A stretch of 64,000 nt of DNA, from positions 12,648,001-12,712,000 of the forward strand of contig NC_088854.1 in NCBI RefSeq assembly GCF_963853765.1. Direction: 5' to 3'. Below are positions 13,120 through 24,500 of the stretch, in pieces; the stretch's first letter is position 1; every line of letters starts with the position of its first letter. The notes under the pieces were generated by a model, which was given only the letters and a program-made list of their open reading frames with translations, did not search any database and was not told where the DNA came from. The position numbers and the translations under genes are program-made. This DNA is from Magallana gigas. Lineage: Eukaryota.

Positions 13120-14277
13120 ATGCTGGAAGAATTACGCCGAGCTTTGCATTACCATGCATCAACTTCTTCACCAAAAGTGACCAAAGAAAGTGCAATGGAT
13201 GAAATACGAATGATGCTCAGACTCTTCAGCTCTGTGTATCAAGGTGATCTGGCAGAATTCAAGTGTTTGTTGAAAGCCGGAGTTGACCCAAATTCAACGG
13301 ATTGTGAAGGAAATTCTCTGATGCATATTGTTATTGAAAATGGACTTTACGATATGGTGGAAATTTTACTTACTCACAGTAAGTACATTTAAGTACTTGA
13401 TACAACTTTTGTATTTCTTTTATGAATAATACATCTTGATGTATAACCTGTTTTTTGTTAAAATGAAATTACATTGTGTGCAATTCGAACACCAAAAGGG
13501 GAGTTACTTTGCATTAAGTTTCATTTCAATTTTTGATTTTAGATGCATACGACATCAATCAAGAAGATCGAAATGGACAGACGCCATTAATGCTAGCCGT
13601 TATTTTAGGCGAGGAAGAGATCATCCGTCTTTTGGTGCGGGCAGGTAAATATTGCGTTATTTATTTTGACAGATCAGACGTTATGCGGAACCCATGACAA
13701 TAAAATCATCAATATACACCACGCCTTACGTTGATTTTTTATATATGCATTTACAACAGTTGTTTACTTTTTTCAGGGGCTGATGTGAACGAGATCAACA
13801 ATGCTGGAAAGTCCGCTCTCCTTATAGCGCTGGAGGATGGGAAATTCGACATAGCAGAGTACCTTATCAAACATGGAGGGGATGTCAACACAGTTGACCA
13901 TCTGGGTCAAAGTGCGCTGTTTCTAACCATGAACAATAACACAGACCACAAATGCATCAAACTTCTGAAGAAACTCATTAAAGCAGGTAAGGTTTTAGTT
14001 AGTTTTTTTTAATCAAATTTGATGACAAAGTATTTGATATTCACCTTTAGTGAGCTTTCACTTTTTAAACATTTGCTTTATTTCATATGTATTCACTTTT
14101 CTAGGTTACTCATTCGAAAAAGACAGGTTCTGGCTGAAGGACGATGGTTTTGGATATTCACTCTGTTCCTGTGATAAATCTGTGTCAAAACTTTTGAAAA
14201 AATTGGATTGTAGTCGCGCCTCTTTGGACAGAAGCCTAAGCACTCACTTCCCATTGGAATTCACAAAAGTTGGATGA
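13120..14277 (+). CDS. Ankyrin repeat protein, paralog A (247 aa, 5 ANK repeats)
   Basis: Exons 13120-13378, 13543-13644, 13777-13986, 14105-14277 (259+102+210+173 = 744 nt). All introns are GT-AG and phase 1; the spliced frame is open to TGA. ANK motifs GNSLMHIVIENG, GQTPLMLAVILG, GADVN..GKSALLIALEDG, GGDVN..GQSALF. AATAAA at 14405-14410. Confidence 0.9.
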
Positions 14278-15706
14278 ACAAAAAACAAGATGAACAAAAA
14301 CACTTTCGATTATTATTATTTTTGCAAAACTGTGATATATTTATCTGTGATACCATATTTTCATATGAATTATGTACAAATGCTTATTGTGATGCCTTTA
14401 TGTCAATAAAAGTTTACAAATGAATCATTATATTTTTCTACTTTTGTTGCCGTCCATGGAAGGTATTAACTGTCCTATAGTACAGCGATATACAGTGTTT
14501 GAAAGAGTGTAGACAAAGGAGAAATCAACTATGAGAGAAAACCCCCAAATTCATGCTCTTGAAAAAGTATGTTGCGTTAAAATTAAGCTAAACGCTTGTT
14601 GTTCTGTAGGTGGGTCAACTTTGCAGTAATTAATTGATTTAATTGACACGTTTTATGATGTACTGTTTGAGATTTTAGCCAGAAGTTTAGAGTTTTATCC
14701 TGATCTTTTTTTTTTTTTTTTTTTTATAAATTAAAACATTTGTAAAACTCCTAACCAAAATATGACATCCTCTATCTTAATTAATATAACAGTTATGCTA
14801 TTGAAAATTAAAGGTTTTGCGAAAGAAATGGCATTTTTTTTTCATGCATATTAAATCTCCTCATACTCAAGAGAAAATAACACACACTCATTTTTATTTG
14901 TAAAGCGTTGCATTTATATTGTAACATAGAATGCTAGCTGAATCCTAAAAACATCCTTTACTTAGCTGATCAAGGCCATAATAACGCCACCTATCCCCCG
15001 CATGGACAATTTACTGACTTGTGTACGCGTTGCGTCCTATAGTAGCGTCGGTGACCTTGTCCTTAATGTTACAGGTAAACAGTTTCATCTTGATATGTTC
15101 ATCCTTGTAAATTCAACCGTTGCTTATAAGGACAATATGTCATGTGTTAGAAATGATATACGAAGTCAACATTAATTTCATTAACCGTCCATCACCTTAG
15201 CTTTAAGGAAGCGCCGACCTCTTAAAATTAAGTCCTAAAACCTTGGGTTACTCTATTTTTTTCATTTAGTAGCAGCTCGTTAAGTGTGAATCACATGAAA
15301 TATGTAACCTCAAAGCAGTCAAACAGATGTTTCAACAAGTTTTATTTTGGCGTGGGATAAAATCCTTGGACATAGAGCACCTGCACAACAGGGGTCCTGC
15401 CCTATACTTTTATGATGTACTTGAACTAACTACCGATCGGGAGATAGTAGATAAGTCTTTATGTGTCTCTGACCATACTAATTAGGTTTAATTGTCACTG
15501 TTACTTGACATGTCTTTTTACGGTGGTGTGGGAGGGTCCTCGACCAAGACCACAGAGTAAGGTCTCGTCTCATGAACTCGTCGCACCTGGAGAGTCTCAA
15601 AACTTGAGTAGTAAGTTGAAAGCACAAAAGCAAATAGCAAATTGACAATTTAAGTGATAATGATTTTTCTCCGTCATTCAATAAGTAAATTCTCTTATAC
15701 TTCTGT

Positions 15707-15707
<1 letters not shown>

Positions 15708-15754
<47 letters not shown>
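15708..15754. repeat. (AG)n microsatellite
   Basis: Perfect AG dinucleotide run. Confidence 0.98.
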
Positions 15755-15756
<2 letters not shown>

Positions 15757-18700
15757 TACATAAAAATTATGTCGGCATAGTACCATAATTATAATGAATG
15801 AGTTTCTGTACGTGTTTTTTAAACTGCTGTTAATTTCACAAAAAAGCCTGCGCATTTTAATAAAGACCTTTTACGTCGACCATTCATAATCTGCGTTCTT
15901 TGTCTCAATTTTTTTTATTTCCCTTCAACATGCAAAGAAATATTATATCCAGATTACGAAAGAACATTTTTCTAATCTTTTAGGGGATTTCTTTGAATGT
16001 ATCCAATATCATGGACCGGAAACTAACAGATCAGTTCCTTATAGAATTTGAAAAACAGCTTTGATTAAAAAAATACAGTGCACGATAATAAAAAGAAAGT
16101 TCTAGTTTTCAATCGGTAAGAATATGATTCGGGAAATAATTGAGGGTGAAAAGAAAGATAAAATTAAAAAAAAAACAAAAACCAAAATGTCAAAAAATTT
16201 ATTCAACCGATTTCTTAAAATTTTTTACCAATCGTAATGGTAGTCTTCCTTCGTAATTCGGTTAAATTGATCACGGGATTGTCATCAACTAGAAACACAA
16301 TATTTTTCTTTCCATGTTTCCTTTTAGATGACACTTATAAACACAATAAATTTTTCATTCAGTCATGATCAAGTCATGTAAACAATGCTTCCTTCAGTCA
16401 ATGAACACAATCAGCAGTGATCGATTAACTTGTGAACGTGAGTACAGGTAACAGTTAAAAAAATTCAAACATCTAAGATGGGTGTAGACGCTTGCAGGAA
16501 AAAAGGAATTGTTTGCTGTGTGTGAGTTAACACCTCACCCAAAATAAAAGAGACTTCGAGATAATTGTAAACAAACTTTGTAAAAGTGGAACATAATAAA
16601 AACGAACGCTGTCAGAATGAGTTCACATATATGAATTTTATTGGTTATCAAATCTTAACATATTTGTAATATATATTTATTCATAAAATCAAATTGTAAT
16701 TAATATTATGTTCCTGTACTAATGTCTAAGCTGAATGAAATAAAATCCCCAGAAAATTCTTTTCTTCATGTAACAATGAAGAAATGATCGAGCGATGACG
16801 CGTACAGGTGTTAAAATGCTCGCTTCCGATTTATTCAATGCTCAGATTCGTGAAGTTTGTCAATGGTTTATTTCTTTATAAATACTTTGATTTTTAAAAT
16901 CAAAATTAAATTTAACTCTTTGCAGAAACACAATCTTTCAGAGAATATGATCTTGCAGGTTATATACTAAATAAATCAACTTATATTTAGCATTTGAGAG
17001 GCATTCTGCATGGTGGTTCAATGCTGAATTAAGCTGAACGATCCATCAAGATCAAAAACCACAGAGTTGTGGAACCGAGTTGACCACATTAGAAAAGTAG
17101 AGTACACCACAACTTGAAAAAATAATCTAAAGAAATAAATTTTTGCCAAACTTTTGTGACACACGCGACTGAAATCGTTTGCCGTCTGCCAAATAGTAAA
17201 TGACGTCGCGCGATTTGTCGCTCTGTGGCATACATTGTCTGAGAGGGTCGCCAGAAAAAAGATTTAAATATGTACATTATAGACATTTTTTCTTAATTCC
17301 ATAATGCGCATTCTGTATAAGTGCATAACGTCATTATAATGAAACGCCTGTTTGGGAAAATGCAATGTGTCACTCACCTCGCAGTTTGACAGGGGAACAG
17401 TGGGAGATATTTGTCTTATTTGACGTGTAGGATTACTGACTTTTCTCGGATATTCGAAATTGGATTTAATCATATCAATAAGATTTATTTTGGTACAAAA
17501 ATAACATTTATTTACTATATTTAAATGTAAACTATTAAAACGGTTGAAAAGATAAATTGTCGATACGCGTGCACAATTTCCAATTGTAAAATGTATACAA
17601 CTATATGCATTTAAAATTATGATATTGGTGTTAGTTTAAAAATATAAATTTCCGTTATTAAATTGTGCACTTCTTTTGACAACTTTAATAAACGAAGGTT
17701 GTAACACCTCCGATACTCAAGATTTATTGTCACTTAATAAGAGCACTCAAATTCAGAAGTTCAGTATCAATTTTTCCATAGAATATATTCTATAAAAGAT
17801 GGATGTAATAATATAAACCAATCAAGTCAAAGTCTGTTAAGTACATTTTTTCCATCCAATTAAATAACCTAATATATTTAAACATCCCTGAGAGAAAGTG
17901 TTTTCTCCTTCTCACGTTCCTCGCAATTGCTTTTTAGAAATCGCAAAAACGTCAATATAAATCATATTTGTTTATAGATTATAACGAAAATAATATTTAT
18001 TTTAATTGAATATTAATTAAATATTTGTGATATTTATGATCTATTCTATTCACGAATTTAACACGTTAATTAAGTTAATCAGGAGAGAAATTTGATCATA
18101 ACTCTTTTTTCTCTGCCATGAGCTTATTCATATGCATAATTTGTTAAATTTTCAGTCTTAAATCTAAAAGTATGTCATATAAACATATCAAACAAATTCT
18201 TTTACCTGTTTACAATCGCAAATCATTGACTTTAAAATGGATTGTTGACTTTAAAATGGATTGTTTCGTAAACTTCTTGAACTAAAGCAATACAATAGAA
18301 CGTTTTTGCACTCTTTGTTGCATTAAATTTCCTACACTATCATTGCTTTTTACAAATTTGTAAAATGTGCAATATATCGGCAAGGCTATAAATTAATATA
18401 AATTGCAAATTCTGATTTGCGTAAATTTACTATTTGAACAATGTATAATCGTAGAATTCTAATTTTACGAACAGAGATGTTTTTGAACGTACAGAACCTT
18501 GGATATCCTTTATAATTACTAAGAAAGATTTAATGTGTTGATAATTAAATGTAGGAATTTTGTTAGGAACAACAATTACTCTGTAATACTTTATCATAAT
18601 TTCAATTATAAAGAAAACCATGAACAGACCGATAAGACACCCACTCTCTATTTCTATACACCAGTTAATACACTTGTTTGAAAATGCAAGACTTATCAAT

Positions 18701-18869
18701 TGTCCGTAATCATTTCCGTATAATAAAATATTACCGTAACACATTAGAAAGATGTTTGGCTGTAGTAAAGGAAACTGTTTATTATGGGTCCTAAAGAATG
18801 TCAGACGAAGTGTACGGTATATAGGAAAACATCGCGTATTTTGTCAATCAAGTAACGCGCTCATCCATC

Positions 18870-19119
18870 CAATCAATTTCGCCAACGATGGTGCAGAATG
18901 TAGGAGGGGCATGTCCCAAATAAATATACCGTGACAAATCACGTGCTTCTCTTCGTATAGTATATCTATACGACAACGCTTGAAAGCTTCATTCAACCTT
19001 TGGAAAAGGTAACTAGTCGGCCGAAGTACTTGTAGTAATACTCCTTAACATTTTCAATCGAAACGATTTGGCCGTTTTTAATTCAAAACAGTTACTCTTA
19101 TTTTAACTGTCTTTTGCAG
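18870..19119 (+). promoter_or_regulatory. Putative promoter and 5'UTR intron of ANK gene B
   Basis: CCAAT near 18873, TAAATATA at 18921, E-box CACGTG at 18940-18945, donor AAG|GTAACT at 19008/19009, acceptor CTTTTGCAG ending at 19119, 21 nt before the ATG at 19141. Confidence 0.45.
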
Positions 19120-19140
19120 ATTACATAATACAGATAAAAA

Positions 19141-21528
19141 ATGGGCAAAGATTCTGATAGATGCAGAAGATCTGGGGCTCAGTGCCTGAAGCCGGAGAAC
19201 AATTGGATGGACATTGATTCTGATGCAGACGACGATGTATTCAGCGACGACGAAGTGATGTCGAACCATTCCAGTGTGGCAGAACGCCTTGGTATCCTCC
19301 ATGCCATCTACCAAAATGATCACATAACTTTTGTTGACATGCTTGACTCTGGTGTAGACCCTAACATGTGTGATTGTGATGGCAACCCCCTGCTTCACAT
19401 TGTTATTGAAAACGGAAACAACGAAATGATGGATTACCTATTAAGAGATGGTAAGTAGGATGCAAGACAAATACTATGATCCCCGTAAAGTTAATTTACT
19501 CGTTACAAGGGTGTAGAAACCATTTCAAGGTATTTGTGTACAAAAATATAACAAAAATGATCACATAAATGACTACCAAACTTACATTAGCATTATTTTT
19601 TGAGTGATATATTATGCGGGATATTAGGTACAGTGTGACTTGTTTCGTTTCGTGTGTAATTATGCTAATAAGATTTTAATCCTGCTCTGCACTACGCAAA
19701 TATTCTGTCGTCAACGTCGAAAAGTTTCCAAACATTTACGTAACTCGTCCACACATTCTGGAAACAACGTCACTTAAGGTGCGAAGGAGTGTTTTGGTAC
19801 AAATAAGTAAACATGTTTTCATTAAGGTGAAATCAATCATAATTTTTGATATACTTATTTATTGACGTGTTGTTATATCTTTGTTTACATATCGTCACTT
19901 ATGATGTCAGTTGACCCGAATCAAAATCCCTTGGGTCACAGATCTACAAGCTCTATATAAAATAATGGTATTCCATAATCAGATTAATTCTACATCGTAA
20001 AAAGTTCAAAACTTGTGAAAGCAGACGTAACATTATTGCATTACTTGTATCTCAGCCGACTAGACAGGTCTTTGTTTCAAGGCGCGAGCGGGCTTCAGTT
20101 TAACCTTCTGTTGCCTGTCAATTTATATTCTGTTTTCGTTTAAAAGGTAACAACTGGAATGTGTTGTTTACAATGCTAAGGAATTTAGCTGGCAAATAGT
20201 TAACATACTGATACAGTTTGTTCATANNNNNNNNNNNNNNNNNNNNNNNNNNNNNNNNNNNNNNNNNNNNNNNNNNNNNNNNNNNNNNNNNNNNNNNNNN
20301 NNNNNNNNNNNNNNNNNNNNNNNNNNNNNNNNNNNNNNNNNNNNNNNNNNNNNNNNNNNNNNNNNNNAGACATTTAAAAATTAATTCAACATTTTTCTAC
20401 TGTTATATTGAAATAACAATCCTTTTGATTACTTCCCTGGTTATTTACTATCACTTATTATTTGCGGTTTGAATGTTCGTAAGCATTAAGACGGGGACAG
20501 TTGTTTAGCCTATAGTTGAGCCGAGCAGTGGAAGTACATATAAACATGTACAAGTAAACACGGTCGTTAATATTCGACCTGACTTTATTGTCTATACACA
20601 CCCCCGAAATAATGCTTTGTCCATAAATCGGTCATTTGTTGTTCTGCAATGTAAATACATTCATGGACGGAAGATTATTGCTGAAGGGCGTCAGAAATAA
20701 CCTGTTAAGTGTTGTATTAGTGATGTCACTCGTGCCTTATAGAGATATTTTTAGCTTAAATTGATATCTAAATTCTATCTTTGTAGAACACTGTGATGTC
20801 AACAGAGAAAATAACTTCCATCAGACTCCCCTTATTATCGCTGTAATCATGGATGATTTTCAGATGGTCAAGGCATTAGTTAAAGCAGGTAATTAAACTC
20901 TTGAATTAATCCTAGTATTCTGATTGCATTCTTTTTTCTTTTTTTTAAATCAAAACGTGTCTGATTTTTTTATATTAAAAAATTACTATTGCAGGTGCAG
21001 ATGTTAACAGAACAGACTCAACAGGAAAAACAGCTCTTTTAATATCTCTTCAGGAATCGAGATCCGACATCGCCCTCTATCTAATAAAACACGGAAGCGA
21101 CGTCAATGTTGTTGACCGTTTGGGTCAGAGCGCCTTATACATTATCATCGAAAGCATGGACCTCAAATGTGTTAAAACTGTGAAAAAATTGTTAAAAGCA
21201 GGTATAAATTGCTACTATTAAGTTAGATTTAGAAAATAAATAAATTTCTTTTTAAAAGATTAATTATTCTTTTGTAAACTCATCCTTTAAGATCTCAATT
21301 ATATTGTTGTCAATGTCTGTTTTAGGATATGACCTACAGAAAGACGCAGCATGGATGAAAGAAGAGGGTCTTGATGTTGATATTGTGAAAAGTGGAAACT
21401 GGATGTCGAAACTTGCTAGAAAACTTGCTAGCAAATTGCACACGCTAAAATCAAGTCAACATGCAACCCAGTCACCGAATACAGGTCTTGCGATGCCAAA
21501 ATCACGTGTCTTAACTATTTATCAGTGA
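19141..21528 (+). CDS. Ankyrin repeat protein, paralog B (273 aa, 5 ANK repeats, acidic N-terminus)
   Basis: Exons 19141-19450, 20787-20888, 20995-21201, 21326-21528 (310+102+207+203 = 822 nt). GT-AG phase-1 introns; open frame. ANK motifs GNPLLHIVIENG, HQTPLIIAVIMD, GADVN..GKTALLISLQES, GSDVN..GQSALY. AATAAA at 21840-21845. Confidence 0.9.
20227..20367. other. Assembly gap (141 N) inside intron 1 of ANK gene B
   Basis: Run of N. Confidence 0.99.
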
Positions 21529-24500
21529 AACTATGTAGGGCCGATCGACAACGAGAAATACTGAACCCATCTTGAATATAAAGTAAACTGTCTTTCTTCT
21601 TTTCGCTGTTACTATTTCGATTCAAAGAAAGGCAGTTTATTCTTTGTTGAATCAGTATGTTTGCTTTTAGTTTGCTATCATCAACAAATTTACAATTGAT
21701 GTACATTTCAGTTTTTATGAATAATGTCTTCATGCTTGTCCCTTGTTGTTGTATTCATTGAGGTTGCTATTGTGAAATCCTGTTTTTATATAATTGTACT
21801 TTTGTATTTTTTTAACTTAATATGATTGTCTTAATTATGAATAAATTCTTCGAAAATTTATGATACGATTTTTATTCTTTATTTCATTCATACAAACAAG
21901 TCTCTATTCAAACTTTCGTGATGACCTCTCAGCACCCAAGGAGGTTAGCCTTTTTATCCTCTGACCTGAATTTTGCTCTAAATTTGTACATGATATATTT
22001 TCTCTTAATTGCTTGGGTCATGACCCATCACTTTCATTTTCTTCACTCTGCTACCAGCCTCTACCTCTACCAATGTACAATGTAGAAATACACGTACTCT
22101 GTGTTCTTGTAAAAAAAATGAAACTTAGACGATTAATGTACATTACATACATATTGACAATTAATTAGTATATATACTAGTTAAAAATTATCAAATATGG
22201 ATACACAAAATTTTAGATTTACAGTAGAAAATATTATCTTTCTCAAATTCAGAAAGTGCAATAATATAAAAATATTATAATACATCCTGTTTATTCTGTT
22301 TATAGCATAGTAATTCTTTACTTTTATCTAACTCACTTTGAAGACATTACTAGTATATACTAGTATGGTATAAAATGTAAAACATGTAACTATGTGCACG
22401 TGAGAGTTGTGAGAAATTTGGTCATTGCTCAAACCTTTTCTATACGAATCACTAGAGAGAGAAAAATGGTATTAGAGATTATCAATTTAAGAAAGCTATA
22501 ATCGTATCAATCATTCCAAAAATTTTGGATACACAAATTGAAAATTAGATATTTTTGTTTTAAATTAAATGTGATCTAGATGATTTGTATTTCTTTTGTT
22601 CCTGCTCTTGAAAGAGTACAATATTTGCGATTACATATTACTTAACACTTACACGTATATGCGAAATTCTTGTCTTCTCGAAGAAACTTTATAACTGTGT
22701 GTACGGCAAATTTGTATTTCTTTTTTACCAAAAAAGCCATTATACGTTTTTTTCATTGATGTAAAAAACTATAATGTCAAACAAACACACGTTTTTTCGT
22801 TAATTGAACTGAAAGTAGTTGTGAGAGTGAAGTAATTTTCTGATTAAAAAGTACCACAAGAAAGCACGATTTAGTACAGCGATACATTATGCATAGTACT
22901 GTAGTAGCTATTCTGAAATTTTAACATTCCTCCATCAACAGACAGAACTTTTGACCGGTGATTTATACTTTGAGATTTTGATTTGACCCTAACGCATCTG
23001 TATGAATGAACGTATCGTAAATCGATGCGTGAACATTTATACGGTCAAAAGGTTACATGCTCGCCAATGCATTGAGATACATGTACATGTAAGTCATCTT
23101 GACATGCTTTCATTTTCCCCCAAGGTCCAACTATACCTACATTAATATCTAACCATACGCTTTGGGCGTGCACAGGTACATGTACATGCAAGGTAGGAAG
23201 CTATACTTTTTAAAACAATTCGCTTTTTATTTTGAAAAGATGCAAGAAAACACATTTTTGATTTTACTCGTTTAATACATTTAAGGATGAAAAAGGTTCA
23301 AATGTATTTTAATTGTTCAAACGTTTATAAATTTTAACCATGACCTCCCCGTTTGTGAATGCGCGAAAGTTAATGGCCCTGAGTACCAGAGAGCGTGTAG
23401 GTGTTTTCATTTATGTGTAGGTCGTTCCAGTTGGTGAAGGACACCAGATGTTACGATCCGTGACAACTAACGTAAATGAATGGAACAAACACTGTACATC
23501 ATCAAATACTGCAGGTTGTCCCGATGAACTGATGGTGCACTCAAGTTCACGTGTGATTCACACGTGTCCTCTTGCATGGAGAACACTTTTTTATGTTATA
23601 AGCCTTTAACGTTAATATCTAGATTTTGGTCGTACTTAATTAGAGAATGTAAGCAAGACATAAGCTAGTAAAGACCCAGTAGCTTTTTTTTTCTAAAAGA
23701 GTTCTAAAGTTTGTATATAACCAATGAGAAGTGTTGCCTATATATTTCAAGACAAAAGTCATATGCACAACACTCAATATTTTCTGCAAAGAGCCAGTGT
23801 TTAAGGAACCCTGTTTCGAAGAACATATATCTTTCAAATTAACTTTAAGAAAAAGCAAGATATAGACCTCTTAACTCAGATATTTTTAAATATTTTGTTG
23901 TAAACTTTATATGTACATGTATGGGTTTATATTATAGTAATATGAAATTCATATTCATGTGTTCCCAACAAAGGCATGTCTTCGAAACAATAGTCTTCGT
24001 AATAAAAATTACCGGATCTGCACCTGATACAAGCCCGACGATTTTAATGATAAAAAACATTTTTACTAAAAGATCAACTTGATAGGAAACACAGTTACAT
24101 GAACAATTTGTTTATGAAACTGAATTATGATTTTTTTTGTGCATCTAGAATGGTTTAATATTAAAACATACAATCGAAAAGATTTTCATAGAAACGAAAC
24201 AATGTACTACGAACCACAACACAAAAACATCTTGATAATGTGAAGTGAAGGCGTGTACTTAACTTGTTTACACAATATGACTGCCAAGTTACAAATTGTA
24301 GTACACAGCTACATAAGTAAGCCTTCAGAGTAATTAAAAATATGCGGTTTTGGTTGACGTTTGAAGCCGCATTAACACAAAATCTTGCGTTACTTAACTT
24401 AATGAGTATCATTAAGGTGTATTGTTATACCAACCAAGCCTAGTTGACTGTTGTAACAGGCATTTGCTTCTTCTAAAGTAAATTAACTCTCAATTATTTT

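Noticed and set aside
21490-21575. Alternative frame after gene B reading YLSVKLCRADRQREIL, SOCS/BC-box-like
   Set aside because: Out of frame with the CDS and spacing does not fit [APST]LxxxCxxx[AILV]; no equivalent in A or C.
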